A stretch of DNA of 44,956 nucleotides from positions 1-44,956 of the forward strand of contig CAVUPH010000035.1 of NCBI GenBank assembly GCA_963743305.1, read 5' to 3'. Positions 19,892 through 30,259 of this stretch are shown here, piece after piece; the first letter of the stretch is position 1, and each line of letters starts with the position of its first letter. The stretch is from an uncultured delta proteobacterium (GTDB taxonomy: Bacteria; Desulfobacterota; RBG-13-43-22). The translations under genes were made by a program, and so were the position numbers. The notes beneath the pieces were generated by a model that ran no database searches, was not told the origin of the DNA, and saw only the letters and a list, made by a program, of their open reading frames with translations.

Positions 19892-21589
19892 ATGGAAGGG
19901 GATTCCTCTCTGAATCAATGGCTACAGGCTAAGTCGGACCTGCTCAGGAAAACCCAATGGCTGATCCTTTGGCGGTTGGTCTTCAGTTCCTTTATGCTGC
20001 TGATGACCATCTTTTTTCACGAAAATAGAGACTTCCCCGGAGCCTTCCCCCCGGGGCCGCTTTACTTTTTGATCGCCCTGCAATTCTGTTTTTCCCTGGT
20101 CTATATCCTGGCCCTCCTCCGTCTCCAGGCTGTAAGACCCATTGCCGTAGCGCAGCTATTCATCGACGGATTAATCGTTTCGGGCGTGGTGCTGGTCACC
20201 GGGGGCCTGGAAAGCCTTTGGTTCTACCTCTATTTTTTAGTGATTTTAACCTCCGGAATCCTCTTTTATCGCCGGGGAGGCGCTCTGATGGCCGCGTACC
20301 TCAGTTTATTGTACGGGCTCCTGCTTCTTTTCCAGTACCAGGGCATCCTGGCCGAATATCTGCCCGGGTATGAAGGGTTATCCTCCTACCGCTGGGGAAC
20401 TTTCGTTTATCGGTGGGGAATGGCCACCGCCGGTTTTTTTTTGGTCGGCTATTTGGGCAGTTTTTTCCCGGAGCAATCCTATCGCCAACGAATCGAGTTG
20501 GTTGCGCAACGTAAAAATATCGATCGGTTGGCGGAGTTTAACCACCTGATCCTTCACCATTTGGATATGGGCTTGATCACCTTGGATTCCGGGGAGCACA
20601 TCTTGAGCATCAATCCGGCCGGGGAGGCGATTCTGGGGCAGGAGACTTCCCGATTAAAAGCTCAACCGGTGCTGGAAATCCTCCCCGGACTTCAGCATAT
20701 TCCCGGATGGCCCAATCTCCTCCAGGGGGAACGATTTGAAGTAGACTACCGGCGCCCTGACGGCCAAACCCTCTATCTTGGTTTTTCGTTAACCTATCCC
20801 AGAGAAGGACAATCCACCGGCCTGGAAAAAATTATCACTTTTAAAGATTTGACCCAAATTCACGAGATGGAAGATCATCTTCGCCAAATGGACCGGTTGG
20901 CCATGATGGGGCAGATGGCCGCCGGGATCGTCCATGAGATTAAAAACCCGCTGGCCTCGATCAGCGGATCCATTCAAATGATCCGAGAGGAGCTGAAAGA
21001 GGACGGGCCGGGCGACCGACTAATCAATCTGGTTTCCCGGGAAGTCGAGAAACTGGATGCCTTGCTCAATGATTTTATCACCTTTGCCCGCCCCTCTCAA
21101 ACTTCCGAAAAAGGAGTGGATTTAGATGAAGTGATCCCTGGAACGATTGAATTGATCCAGAAAAACAAAGGGGTGGCCGGGACGATTCAGTGGGAGCTCA
21201 ATCTGGAACCGAACCTGGTTTTGAAAATCCCGCCCAATGAACTTTCCCAAATACTCTGGAATCTGCTGACCAATGCCCTTCAGGCGGTTTCGGAAAGGGG
21301 GCATATTCGACTGGTCGGACGACGGCTCAAGGAAGGCCGTTTTCGGGACGGGGTGGAGATCCGGATCCGAGATGACGGCCCCGGTATCACGGAGGATCAA
21401 GGCAAACGAATTTTTGAACCTTTTTTCACCACCAAAGAAAAAGGCCTGGGCTTGGGATTAAGTATTGTTCAAAAACTAGTTTCCCAGCATCAGGGAATCA
21501 TCAAAGTGAGTAGTCCCGCGGAAGGAGGGACCGAATTTATCCTGATTTTTCCCCCTGGGCGGGAAAAATCGTTGACATTGTCCGAATAA
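19892..21589 (+). CDS. pilS: PilS-like membrane sensor histidine kinase (TM, PAS, HisKA, HATPase)
   Basis: Multi-TM N-terminus, HEIKNPLAS, NLLTNA, DDGPG, FEPFFTTK, GLGL; follows pilC. Confidence 0.8.
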   Translation: MEGDSSLNQWLQAKSDLLRKTQWLILWRLVFSSFMLLMTIFFHENRDFPGAFPPGPLYFLIALQFCFSLVYILALLRLQAVRPIAVAQLFIDGLIVSGVVLVTGGLESLWFYLYFLVILTSGILFYRRGGALMAAYLSLLYGLLLLFQYQGILAEYLPGYEGLSSYRWGTFVYRWGMATAGFFLVGYLGSFFPEQSYRQRIELVAQRKNIDRLAEFNHLILHHLDMGLITLDSGEHILSINPAGEAILGQETSRLKAQPVLEILPGLQHIPGWPNLLQGERFEVDYRRPDGQTLYLGFSLTYPREGQSTGLEKIITFKDLTQIHEMEDHLRQMDRLAMMGQMAAGIVHEIKNPLASISGSIQMIREELKEDGPGDRLINLVSREVEKLDALLNDFITFARPSQTSEKGVDLDEVIPGTIELIQKNKGVAGTIQWELNLEPNLVLKIPPNELSQILWNLLTNALQAVSERGHIRLVGRRLKEGRFRDGVEIRIRDDGPGITEDQGKRIFEPFFTTKEKGLGLGLSIVQKLVSQHQGIIKVSSPAEGGTEFILIFPPGREKSLTLSE

Positions 21590-21655
21590 CTGCGTTATGG
21601 GAAATAAGGCTAACCCCCTTTCCGGAGGTTGGTTCGAAAATAGTCCCCAGCCCTG

Positions 21656-21752
21656 GTCATTGCGAGCGGAGCGAAGCAATCCCCATCGATAGATTAGAGG
21701 TACCCGGAAGTCCGTAGGGGGATTGCTTCGTCGCTTCTCTCCTCGCAATGAC
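21656..21752. repeat. Family 1 palindromic element, full copy (97 bp)
   Basis: Same arms and related core as 9174-9270. Confidence 0.85.
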
Positions 21753-21894
21753 GTCTTTGCTGGCCAGTCCAGGTATTTTTATGCTTCGTAGGTGGCCGTA
21801 GGCGCTCTGGGGCTTAATCTGAGTACTGATCTCTTCCGAATTTGAACTATAAATTCAACTAGTTTTGTTTATATTTGAAGCGAGGGTAACCTTG

Positions 21895-22689
21895 ATGACC
21901 GGGCCTGAAAATTTTTTCAATACCTCCGAATGGGCCTTTCAAGATCTGCTGGCCGGACTGGACCACGTTTGGGAAGTCCTGCCGAAGATCAAAAATTATA
22001 TCCGAGAAACGATCCATCCCAATCTGAAACCGCTTTTCCAAAAAGGCTCTTTCCTGGCCAAAACCGTAGTCCTCTATCAGGGGGATATATTGGAAGATGG
22101 ATTTACGCTGCTTCCCGGCGATGCTACTAAAGGGAATTTTCAGGTCAAATTTGGAGGGATGATTCTAGCCGGGGCCACGGTCATTTACGGCGGCGTAACC
22201 CTGGCGGGGGAAGAAATCTCCATCGGAGAAGGGTCCGTGGTGGAATCCGGGGCCTTTATTCAGGGCCCGACCTTGATCGGCCGGCGAACGGAGGTACGGC
22301 AGGGGGCCTATATCCGCGGAGCCTGCTTAATCGGAGACGGCTGTGTCGTGGGCCATGTCACCGAAATGAAAAATTCGATTATGCTGGACGGGGCCAAGGC
22401 CGGGCATTTCGCCTATATTGGGGACAGCATTCTGGGAAAGCAGTGCAATCTGGGCGCCGGGACCAAATGCGCCAATTTAAAAATGGTCAAAACCCCCATC
22501 ACGATAAGGTGCGACCAAAAAATCTATGAGACGGGGCTGAGGAAATTCGGTGTGGTTATGGGCGACCGGACAGAGACCGGCTGCAACGCCGTGACCAGCC
22601 CGGGGACGCTCCTCGGACCCGGATGTCTGGTGGCCCCCAACGTGACGGTCAAAGGCGGCTACTACCCTCCCAAATCCGTTATTCGCTGA
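21895..22689 (+). CDS. Left-handed beta-helix acyltransferase, GlmU C-terminal-like
   Basis: Hexapeptide repeats, HFAYIGDSILG, NLGAGT, TGLRKFG. Confidence 0.8.
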   Translation: MTGPENFFNTSEWAFQDLLAGLDHVWEVLPKIKNYIRETIHPNLKPLFQKGSFLAKTVVLYQGDILEDGFTLLPGDATKGNFQVKFGGMILAGATVIYGGVTLAGEEISIGEGSVVESGAFIQGPTLIGRRTEVRQGAYIRGACLIGDGCVVGHVTEMKNSIMLDGAKAGHFAYIGDSILGKQCNLGAGTKCANLKMVKTPITIRCDQKIYETGLRKFGVVMGDRTETGCNAVTSPGTLLGPGCLVAPNVTVKGGYYPPKSVIR

Positions 22690-22700
22690 GGTTTTCCGGT

Positions 22701-23480
22701 ATGGGCGGACCGCGCATTGCTTTCAGTCATCGTTTTAAAGCCTGTCCCGACGTAGTCTTTATTCCCCCCCGTCCCAATTTTTCGGACTTTTCCCCGCGAG
22801 AAAAAGACCTGATTCGAACCGCTGAGAAGATTTATTATCCGAACTCGCTCTATGTGGACGTCTTTCTGACCCTGGGGAAAATGATTTTTCCCAGCCGGGA
22901 GACGTACGTTTATTCAGGGGATAAAATCAAACAGACCGTCCTTTTTCAACTCTTACGGATTCCCCATCCCCAAACCCGATTTTATTTTGGACGTCAAAAA
23001 GACCGAGTCCCCGGAGAATTCCCCTTTCCCTTTGTCGCGAAGATCCCTCGGGGGTCTTCCATGGGAGAGGGGGTTTATTTGATCACAAATGAAACCGAAT
23101 TAAAGCACTATCAGGACAGAAACCCGGTGGCCTACATTCAGGAATACCTCCCTCTGGAAAGAGACCTGCGGGTTGTTCTGATCAATTACCAGGTGATCCT
23201 GGCCTATTGGAAGAAAGGCCGGCCGGGTGAATTTCGCCACAACCTGGCCCAGGGAGGCGAGCTGGATTTTGAAGAGATTCCTGGCGAGGCCGTGCGATTC
23301 GCCCAAGAGGTTGCCCGGGCCTGCAATTTTAATGACGTGGGTTTGGATTTATGCCATACTAAAAAAGACGGCTGGATGGTCATGGAAGCCAATATGAACT
23401 ACGGCCGGCAGGGCTTGGCCAGCCGGGGACTCATACTGTCGGAGGTCTACCGCGCTCTGGTGGAGGGGGGCGCCATCTAG
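22701..23480 (+). CDS. RimK-like ATP-grasp protein
   Basis: FPFVAKIPRGSSMGEGVY, YIQEYL, RDLRV, FRHNLAQGG, MEAN. Confidence 0.8.
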   Translation: MGGPRIAFSHRFKACPDVVFIPPRPNFSDFSPREKDLIRTAEKIYYPNSLYVDVFLTLGKMIFPSRETYVYSGDKIKQTVLFQLLRIPHPQTRFYFGRQKDRVPGEFPFPFVAKIPRGSSMGEGVYLITNETELKHYQDRNPVAYIQEYLPLERDLRVVLINYQVILAYWKKGRPGEFRHNLAQGGELDFEEIPGEAVRFAQEVARACNFNDVGLDLCHTKKDGWMVMEANMNYGRQGLASRGLILSEVYRALVEGGAI

Positions 23481-23545
23481 TTTGCCAGAGACCATGTCCT
23501 CCCGTTAACAATTAATAATTAACAATTGATTATTGATTATTATTT

Positions 23546-23968
23546 ATGATCGTCATCGACTTGAAATGTTCTCAAGACCACTGCTTTGAGGGCTGGTTTG
23601 CCGGTCTTGAGGTTTTTTATCAGCAGCAGAAGGACGGGGAAATTCAATGCCCCATTTGTGACGACCATCAAATTTTGCGGATCCTCTCCCCGGTAGCCAT
23701 TCGCCGGCATGGGGATGCGCCGCCCCAAACCGTTCCGGAAGTCAAGCCGGGTGCCGCCCTGACCAAGCAATGGCAGGAGTTTAAAACGTACCTTCAAGAG
23801 CATTTCGAGGAGGTGGGAACGGATTTTGCCAAAGAGGCTTTGAAAATGCACTACGGGGCTACGGAAAAACGAAATATCAAGGGATCCTCTACCGCCCAGG
23901 AGGAAGAAGTGCTTCAAAAAGAAGGGGTAGAATTCTTCAAAATCCCGGTGCTCAAAGAAGGAAACTGA
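23546..23968 (+). CDS. DUF1178 family protein
   Basis: MIVIDLKC...HCFEGWF, CPIC, FAKEALKMHYG, RNIKG. Confidence 0.85.
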   Translation: MIVIDLKCSQDHCFEGWFAGLEVFYQQQKDGEIQCPICDDHQILRILSPVAIRRHGDAPPQTVPEVKPGAALTKQWQEFKTYLQEHFEEVGTDFAKEALKMHYGATEKRNIKGSSTAQEEEVLQKEGVEFFKIPVLKEGN

Positions 23969-24146
23969 CCTTTTTTTGTATAAAAATTAGGCGAAAGGCA
24001 TGGATAAATTTATTTTTACCCTTCGGGAAAGCCGGGGAGGCCTCATCTCCTTTGTTCTCCAGGGCTCGCAGTATAAGGTATACCGCTTCTCCCTGGACGC
24101 CTCGGATCTGCGGCCTCCGCGACTTTTGCAAAAATAAGGTCCGCGG

Positions 24147-24860
24147 ATGGCCCTTAGTCGGCCGAAGCAAATTCAAATTTCCCTGGCCTCCAATCTGGCC
24201 TACGTCCTCTGTAAACTCTGGTTTTCCACCTGCCGCGTTAAAATTCTTCAGCCGGAAATTCATCAACAATGGGCGTTGGGACCGCGGCCCTACATCGGCG
24301 CCACCTGGCACCGAGGGGCCATCTTCTATTGCTACTACTACGGCCCGCAGCATCACCAGGTCATGTTCAGCCAAAGCGAGGATGGAGAATATCTGGCCCG
24401 CTTCGCCCAAAAATGCGGCATGATTCCGGTGCGGGGCTCTTCCACCCGGGGCGGGGAGCGGGCGCTGGTCGAAATGATCCGGCATCTGCGCCGGGGTCGG
24501 GGGCACTGCGCCACGGTCCTGGATGGGCCCCAGGGGCCGCGCTTCGTCGCCAAAAAGGGGTTGCTGGTCCTGGCCAAAAACACCGGGGCCCCGCTTCTGC
24601 CCGGTAACTGGTCCGCCGACCGGGCCATCACCCTGGAAAAAACCTGGGACCGGACCATGGTCCCGGCCCCGTTCAGCCGGATTGCCATCGCCTACGGAGA
24701 GCCCTTGTTCATTCCCCGGGATTGTTCCGAGGATGATCTGGAAGGGTTCCGCCTGGAGCTGGAAACCCGCATGAATAACGCCATGCGGGAAGCGGATGAT
24801 CATTGCGGTTACCGGACCCGCTGGCCCGAACCTTCGGATCGAGGGATCCTTGAGAACTAA
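24147..24860 (+). CDS. DUF374 / lysophospholipid acyltransferase-like protein
   Basis: ATWH, SQSEDGE, VRGSSTRGG, DGPQGP, TWDR. Confidence 0.85.
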   Translation: MALSRPKQIQISLASNLAYVLCKLWFSTCRVKILQPEIHQQWALGPRPYIGATWHRGAIFYCYYYGPQHHQVMFSQSEDGEYLARFAQKCGMIPVRGSSTRGGERALVEMIRHLRRGRGHCATVLDGPQGPRFVAKKGLLVLAKNTGAPLLPGNWSADRAITLEKTWDRTMVPAPFSRIAIAYGEPLFIPRDCSEDDLEGFRLELETRMNNAMREADDHCGYRTRWPEPSDRGILEN

Positions 24861-24993
24861 AAAGGTTCAGGGGACTGACAACATCTTTGAATGCAGTCTG
24901 AGCATGTCCATCCGGATGACCCGGGAGTATGAAGGGGACTCGATATTATTACGCGTTGTCGGGAATCATGATGAGGTGCTTAGCAATCCATAG
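24847..24993 (+). pseudogene. C-terminal remnant of a RelE/ParE-superfamily toxin
   Basis: SLRTKKVQGTDNIFEC...IRMT...ILLRVVGNHDEVL resembles RelE-fold toxin C-termini; no N-terminus or antitoxin visible. Confidence 0.55.
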
Positions 24994-25028
24994 TCGGAAG
25001 AATCATCCGCAGAGTATAAGCATTACCC

Positions 25029-25682
25029 TTAATCCTGCCAGCCGTGATCGCCGATCAGGCTGACGAAACGCACCCCGCCCAAATCTTCCCGAATGACTCC
25101 CTGCTCCGTTTTGCTGATGCGTAACAGGTTTTGGGAAAAACGGTCCCCCACCGGGATCACCAGGCGGCCGTGAGGAGCCAACTGCTGGAGATAGGCTTCC
25201 GGCACCCGGGGGGCCGCGGCGGTGACGATGATCCCGTCGAAGGGGCTTTCCTCCGGCCAGCCGTAGGTGCCGTCAAAGACCTTGATCTGCACATTGTGAT
25301 AGTGAAGCTGGTCCAGGATCTTTCGGGCCCTGATCACCAGGGGACGGACCCGTTCGATGGAATAGACCTTTTGGCAGGTTTCGGCCAGGACGGCGGTCTG
25401 GTATCCTGAACCTGTCCCGATTTCCAGGATGTTTTCCTGACCGGTGAGCCCTAAGGATTGGGTCATGAGGGCCACGATATAGGGCTGGGAGATGGTCTGA
25501 TGTTCACCGATCGGCAGGGGATAATCGTTGTAGGCTTCTCCCCAGAGGGCTTCCTCGATGAAGAGGTGACGAGGCACCCGGCCCATGGCCTTCAAGACCC
25601 CCGGGTCGGTAATTCCCCGGGGAATAAGCTGTTCTTTGACCATCCGTTCCCGGGCTTTTTGAAAGTCCTGTGTCGGCTTCAT
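25029..25682 (-). CDS. pcm: Protein-L-isoaspartate O-methyltransferase
   Basis: VPRHLF, QTISQPY, LEIGTGSGYQ, IIVTAA, RFVSLIG. Confidence 0.96.
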   Translation of the reverse strand: MKPTQDFQKARERMVKEQLIPRGITDPGVLKAMGRVPRHLFIEEALWGEAYNDYPLPIGEHQTISQPYIVALMTQSLGLTGQENILEIGTGSGYQTAVLAETCQKVYSIERVRPLVIRARKILDQLHYHNVQIKVFDGTYGWPEESPFDGIIVTAAAPRVPEAYLQQLAPHGRLVIPVGDRFSQNLLRISKTEQGVIREDLGGVRFVSLIGDHGWQD

Positions 25683-25792
25683 TCCTCGCCTGCGGCGTTC
25701 AAACCATTTTATTTTTAAGAAGGTTTATGCTATATAAAGCGGAATAGCTGGAACTGTCAATGGGATTTTTGTTCTTCCAGAGGTTAAAAAAT

Positions 25793-26029
25793 ATGAATCC
25801 AAGGTTCAAACGGATCGGGAAGAAACTGGGGATTCTCCTGGCCGGGATGGTTATTTTTTTGGCAGTTACTATGTGGCTCAAGGGAATGGAGTTCAAATTC
25901 CGGGTTTTCATGGCCATCTTTGCCGGTTTGTCGGCCTGGATGGGATTAATCACCCTGGTGATCTGGCTGTGGCGGGACGGCGCGGCAGAGGAGGAAAAGG
26001 AGGTCCCGGGAGGAAAAAAATTTTCTTGA
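25793..26029 (+). CDS. Small hypothetical membrane protein (2 TM)
   Basis: GAGG RBS; two hydrophobic segments. Confidence 0.4.
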   Translation: MNPRFKRIGKKLGILLAGMVIFLAVTMWLKGMEFKFRVFMAIFAGLSAWMGLITLVIWLWRDGAAEEEKEVPGGKKFS

Positions 26030-26475
26030 AAAAGCCGGCTACCTTTTTTTGATTTTTCTTTGACCATCTCTTTTATTTTGTTAACAAAATCAGCCAACTC
26101 TTCCTCGGATAACTGACTGCTCAATGGAGATTCCAACAAGGATTCCATCACTTCGAGATTCGTGATTTTTTCATCCATGGCTTAATTAATTTATCCGCTC
26201 CTTTATAGAATAGCAGCGCTTAAAAAAAATAGCTATCCTATAGCCCGGTATTATTAAGAAATCAAGCATTTTATTCGGGTGACGAAACAGAATTATTTCC
26301 GAAGTGCTGGAGGATATTATCCACTCCTGGTGGAAGCCGGCCGGGAGTGGGCCCAGAAGTAAAGGTATGTAATCAAGACCTCCAGAAAACCCGGGATTCT
26401 ATGGGGGAAAAGTAGATCTCCGATGAATGATTAAGAACCCGTCAAGAAATAAGCTGTACAATACCGCTAATATCT

Positions 26476-26557
26476 CCGTTTATGCTGAGCCTGTCGAAGC
26501 ATTGCCGTATCGTTCACCCTTCGACTGCTCGACAGGCTCGCAGCTCAGGGCGAACGG
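26476..26557. repeat. REP-like palindromic element family 3, downstream of trpA
   Basis: CCGTTTATGCTGAGCCTGTCGAAG...CTTCGAC...GCTCAGGGCGAACGG. Confidence 0.7.
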
Positions 26558-26603
26558 TTGTAGGGTCGTTTGTCAAGGTTATTTGTTTACAGATCCTAAG
26601 CAT

Positions 26604-27440
26604 TCACGAGGGTGATTTTATTGGGGGGACTTTAACCTGTTGGTCGGGACCCAGGGCTTTTTTTAGTCGATAGACAAAGTCGGAGATCCGGCTAATTCTA
26701 TCCTTACGGCCTTCGCATTCAAAAATCATCCGCACTAGGGCGCTGCCGACTACAACGCCATCGGCCAGGGAAGCCACGGCCTTAATCTGTTCCGCATTGG
26801 AAAGGCCGAATCCGACTACTAAAGGGAGATTGGTGAATTTTCGAAGGTTCGCCATTCCTGATCGGAGGGTGGTAAATTCTGGACCGGCCGTGCCGGTGAG
26901 GCCGATAATCGAGATATAGTAGAGAAATCCTCGGGCCTGGGCGGCAATCTCCCGTCCGCGCTCGTCCCCCGTGGTAGGGGCCAGGAGATAGATAAAGTCC
27001 AATCCCGATGGGTCGGTATACTGCCTCAATTCCCCGGCTTCTTCCCGGGGCAGATCCACCACCAGGACCCCATCCACTCCGGCGGTTTTGGCGGTCCGGG
27101 CAAACTGTTCGGGCCCATAGACCCAGATAGGGTTGTAATAGCTGAATAGAACCACCGGGATCTCGGAACGCCGACGTAATTGGGCGATCATATCGAGGAC
27201 TCCGGAGAGATTGGTCCCCTTTTCCAATGCCCGCCGGGAAGCGGTCTGAATGACCGGCCCGTCCGCGGTCGGGTCCGAGAAGGGGACCCCGATCTCCAAG
27301 AGGTCGGCCCCGGCGGCTTCCAGTGCCGGGATCAGCTCCAGGGTCTTTTCGAGAGAAGGGTCACCCGCGGTGAGGTATAATATGAGGGCCTTTTCCCCTC
27401 GATCGCCGAGATCATGGAACCGACGACTGATCCTGGTCAC
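26604..27440 (-). CDS. trpA: Tryptophan synthase alpha chain
   Basis: [32 protein letters not shown]. Confidence 0.97.
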   Translation of the reverse strand: MTRISRRFHDLGDRGEKALILYLTAGDPSLEKTLELIPALEAAGADLLEIGVPFSDPTADGPVIQTASRRALEKGTNLSGVLDMIAQLRRRSEIPVVLFSYYNPIWVYGPEQFARTAKTAGVDGVLVVDLPREEAGELRQYTDPSGLDFIYLLAPTTGDERGREIAAQARGFLYYISIIGLTGTAGPEFTTLRSGMANLRKFTNLPLVVGFGLSNAEQIKAVASLADGVVVGSALVRMIFECEGRKDRISRISDFVYRLKKALGPDQQVKVPPIKSPS

Positions 27441-28633
27441 CCCCGGACTCCTTTCCGTACCGAGGCCACCAGATGGACATCCTTATCCCCTCTGCCCGAC
27501 AGGTTGACTACCAGGATTTTCTCCTGGGAGAGGGACGGCGCCAGTTTAAGGACAAAGGCCAGGGCGTGGGCGCTCTCCAGGGCCGGGATGATTCCCTCTT
27601 CCCGGGTCAGGACGTGAAATGCCCGCAGGGCCTCTTGGTCCTTGACCGTTACATAACGGGCCCTGCCGGTCTGATGAAAAAAAGCATGTTCGGGACCGAC
27701 GCCCGGATAGTCCAGGCCGGCGGCGATTGAATACGCGTCCCGCACCTGGCCCTGGGCATCCTGAAGGAGATAGGTCTTATTCCCATGCAAGACGCCCACC
27801 GACCCGGCCGAGATACTGGCCGCGTGTTCACCGGACTTCAGTCCTCGCCCGGCGGCCTCCACGCCGATCATTTCCACCTCGGATTGATCCTTAAAGGGAT
27901 AAAATAGTCCCAGGGCATTGCTCCCTCCGCCCACGCAGGCAATCAGGTAATCAGGCAGCCTTCCCTCTTTACGGAGTATTTGTCTTTTAACCTCCCGGCC
28001 GATCACGCTTTGGAAATCGCGGACCATCATGGGGTAGGGGTGAGGGCCGGCAGTGGAGCCGATGACATAATATGTATCCCGCACCCGGCTCACCCAATTG
28101 CGGATGGCCTCGTTCATGGCATCTTTGAGCGTAGCCGTCCCTGAAACGACCGAGATGATTTCGGCCCCCAGGGCCGTCATCCGGTCCACATTGGGAGACT
28201 GACGCCGGATGTCTTCCGCTCCCATGAAGATCCGGCAGGGCAGGCCGAAAAGGGCGGCTACTGTGGCCGTGGCCACTCCATGTTGACCGGCTCCGGTCTC
28301 GGCGATCAGCCGCCGCTTGCCCATACGCCGGGCCAGCAAAGCCTGGCCCAGGGTGTTATTTATTTTATGGGAGCCGGTATGATTCAGGTCCTCCCGCTTC
28401 AAATAGATTTTCGAGCCCTTGAACTTTCGAGTCAGATTTGAAGCCAGGTACAGAGGCGTTTCGCGCCCGGCATAATCTTTGAGGAGCCCGGTCAATTCCC
28501 GTTTGAAGGCCGGCTCCTTTCGAGCTCGGAGGTAGGCCCTCTCCAATTCCAGAAGGGCGGGCATCAGCGTTTCGGCTACGTAACGACCGCCAAAAGGACC
28601 AAAATGGCCGTTGGCATCGGGGTATTTATTCAT
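27437..28633 (-). CDS. trpB: Tryptophan synthase beta chain
   Basis: [38 protein letters not shown]; start taken at MNKYPD. Confidence 0.97.
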   Translation of the reverse strand: MNKYPDANGHFGPFGGRYVAETLMPALLELERAYLRARKEPAFKRELTGLLKDYAGRETPLYLASNLTRKFKGSKIYLKREDLNHTGSHKINNTLGQALLARRMGKRRLIAETGAGQHGVATATVAALFGLPCRIFMGAEDIRRQSPNVDRMTALGAEIISVVSGTATLKDAMNEAIRNWVSRVRDTYYVIGSTAGPHPYPMMVRDFQSVIGREVKRQILRKEGRLPDYLIACVGGGSNALGLFYPFKDQSEVEMIGVEAAGRGLKSGEHAASISAGSVGVLHGNKTYLLQDAQGQVRDAYSIAAGLDYPGVGPEHAFFHQTGRARYVTVKDQEALRAFHVLTREEGIIPALESAHALAFVLKLAPSLSQEKILVVNLSGRGDKDVHLVASVRKGVRG

Positions 28634-28667
28634 GTCCAACCTCGAGAGTAGCAGTTTAAATTTATAC

Positions 28668-28703
28668 GTCATTGCGAGGAGTGAAGCGACGAAGCAATCC
28701 CCC
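28668..28703. repeat. Family 1 palindromic element, half copy between trpF and trpB
   Basis: GTCATTGCGAGGAGTGAAGCGACGAAGCAATCCCCC. Confidence 0.8.
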
Positions 28704-28728
28704 AGTTGGCTTACGACACTCCCCAAAC

Positions 28729-29463
28729 TCAATCGAAGGGCTCACCGAAGTCCCCTCCCCTACAGTCACCCCTTTGCACCTTGTTATAGGTTATTATTTT
28801 ATTAATCTGGCCGAAAAAGGATTTTGCCTCACCCTCCCGATTCGCCGGCTGAAAGCTGTGAATGAGGTCCAGCACTCTCTTAATTTTGCACGGATCTTTT
28901 CTTCCTGGACTTGATTCCAGGCCCGAATTCAAGTCCAGTGCCCGGGGAGAAACGGACCGGATCGCTTCGGCTACGTTATCTTCTCCCAACCCGCCGGCTA
29001 ATATCAAGGGCCGGGTTTCCCCCGCTTTCCGGGCCAGGGTCCAATCGGCCCGCTCTCCGGTTCCCCCGAATGCCCCGGGGCGCCGGGCGTCGATCAGGAT
29101 TCCGCGTACCCGGAAGGCCTTCAGCGGTTCCAAGTCTCCGGCCCCATGGGGAGCGAAGGCCTTGATTAACCGGCAGGGGTCAAATTGTCGACAGAAGGCG
29201 GGGGATTCATCGCCGTGGAGCTGGATCAGGTGGAGGCCGCAGAAACCGGCAATGGTCCGAATTTCTTCGGCCGGTTGATTGACAAAGACCCCCACCCGGA
29301 TCAGGCTGACGGGCAACTGCTCCATGATTTCCTTCGCCCTCCATGGGGGAACATAGCGGGGGCTCCGCGAATAGAAAATAAACCCCAGGGCGTCCACCCC
29401 GAAATCGACGGCGATGCGGGCATCGGCAGGATTGGTAATCCCGCAGATTTTTACCTCAATCAT
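28729..29463 (-). CDS. trpF: Phosphoribosylanthranilate isomerase
   Basis: VKICGIT, SPRYV, QLHGDE, GGTG, LAGGL. Confidence 0.95.
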   Translation of the reverse strand: MIEVKICGITNPADARIAVDFGVDALGFIFYSRSPRYVPPWRAKEIMEQLPVSLIRVGVFVNQPAEEIRTIAGFCGLHLIQLHGDESPAFCRQFDPCRLIKAFAPHGAGDLEPLKAFRVRGILIDARRPGAFGGTGERADWTLARKAGETRPLILAGGLGEDNVAEAIRSVSPRALDLNSGLESSPGRKDPCKIKRVLDLIHSFQPANREGEAKSFFGQINKIITYNKVQRGDCRGGDFGEPFD

Positions 29464-30247
29464 GGTCTTTGTCCGGCGGAAGCCAGGTCCGCTGGCCATC
29501 CGGAGCGGATCGGGACTGGCGCAAAATGGCTGTTCCCACCAATATGGCCTGAACACCCTTTGCTTTCAGCAGGCGAACGTCTTCGGGAGTGGAGATCCCG
29601 CTTTCGCTGACGACCGTCGTTCCTTCAGGGATCGCGGACAAGAGATCCAGAGTTGTCCGGAGATGGACCTCAAAGGTTCGCAGGTCCCGGTTGTTAATGC
29701 CGATGAGGTCCGCCCCGTTATCCAGCGCCTTGAACAATTCCGGCTTGGAATGAACTTCGGTCAAGGCCGCCATTCCCCGATCCCGGCAAAGATCGAGCAT
29801 CCGTCGCATTTTATTTGCGGATAAACAGCGGGCGATGAGCAGCAGGGCGTCCGCGCCGTGTTGAAATGATTCCTCTATCTGGATTTCATCGATAATGAAA
29901 TCCTTGCGAAGCAGGGGGATCGGAACGGCCTTCTTTAATGGAAGGAGGTCCCCCAGGTTTCCTCCGAAGAAACGCTTATCCGTAACCAGGGATATGGCCC
30001 GCGCCCCGGCCGCCGCATACCACCCGCCGAGAGTGCGAGGGTCCTCCCTTTCTCGGATCACCCCGACCGAAGGCGAGGCGAACTTGATTTCGGCGATGAG
30101 GGACGTTTCACCCGGGACGGAAAGAGCGCCCTTGAAATCCCGAATCGGCAGCGGTGCATTCGTTGTCCAATTAAGGCGGCCGTGTCTTTTCAGCGCTACC
30201 ACTTCTTTTTTTTTCACGGCCAGAATTTCAGCCAAACGAGAGGCCAC
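29456..30247 (-). CDS. trpC: Indole-3-glycerol phosphate synthase (possible frameshift near the C-terminus)
   Basis: IAEIKFASPS, LRKDFI, GINNRDL, SESGI. Confidence 0.94.
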   Translation of the reverse strand: MASRLAEILAVKKKEVVALKRHGRLNWTTNAPLPIRDFKGALSVPGETSLIAEIKFASPSVGVIREREDPRTLGGWYAAAGARAISLVTDKRFFGGNLGDLLPLKKAVPIPLLRKDFIIDEIQIEESFQHGADALLLIARCLSANKMRRMLDLCRDRGMAALTEVHSKPELFKALDNGADLIGINNRDLRTFEVHLRTTLDLLSAIPEGTTVVSESGISTPEDVRLLKAKGVQAILVGTAILRQSRSAPDGQRTWLPPDKDHD

Positions 30248-30259
30248 GATTTTCTCCTC

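Noticed and set aside
25699-26178. 159-aa minus-strand ORF
   Set aside because: Overlaps the opposite-strand membrane ORF; only the first ~50 codons look protein-like, so not called.
28634-28732. N-terminal extension of TrpB
   Set aside because: Derived from the palindromic element; the conserved TrpB start is MNKYPD at 28633.
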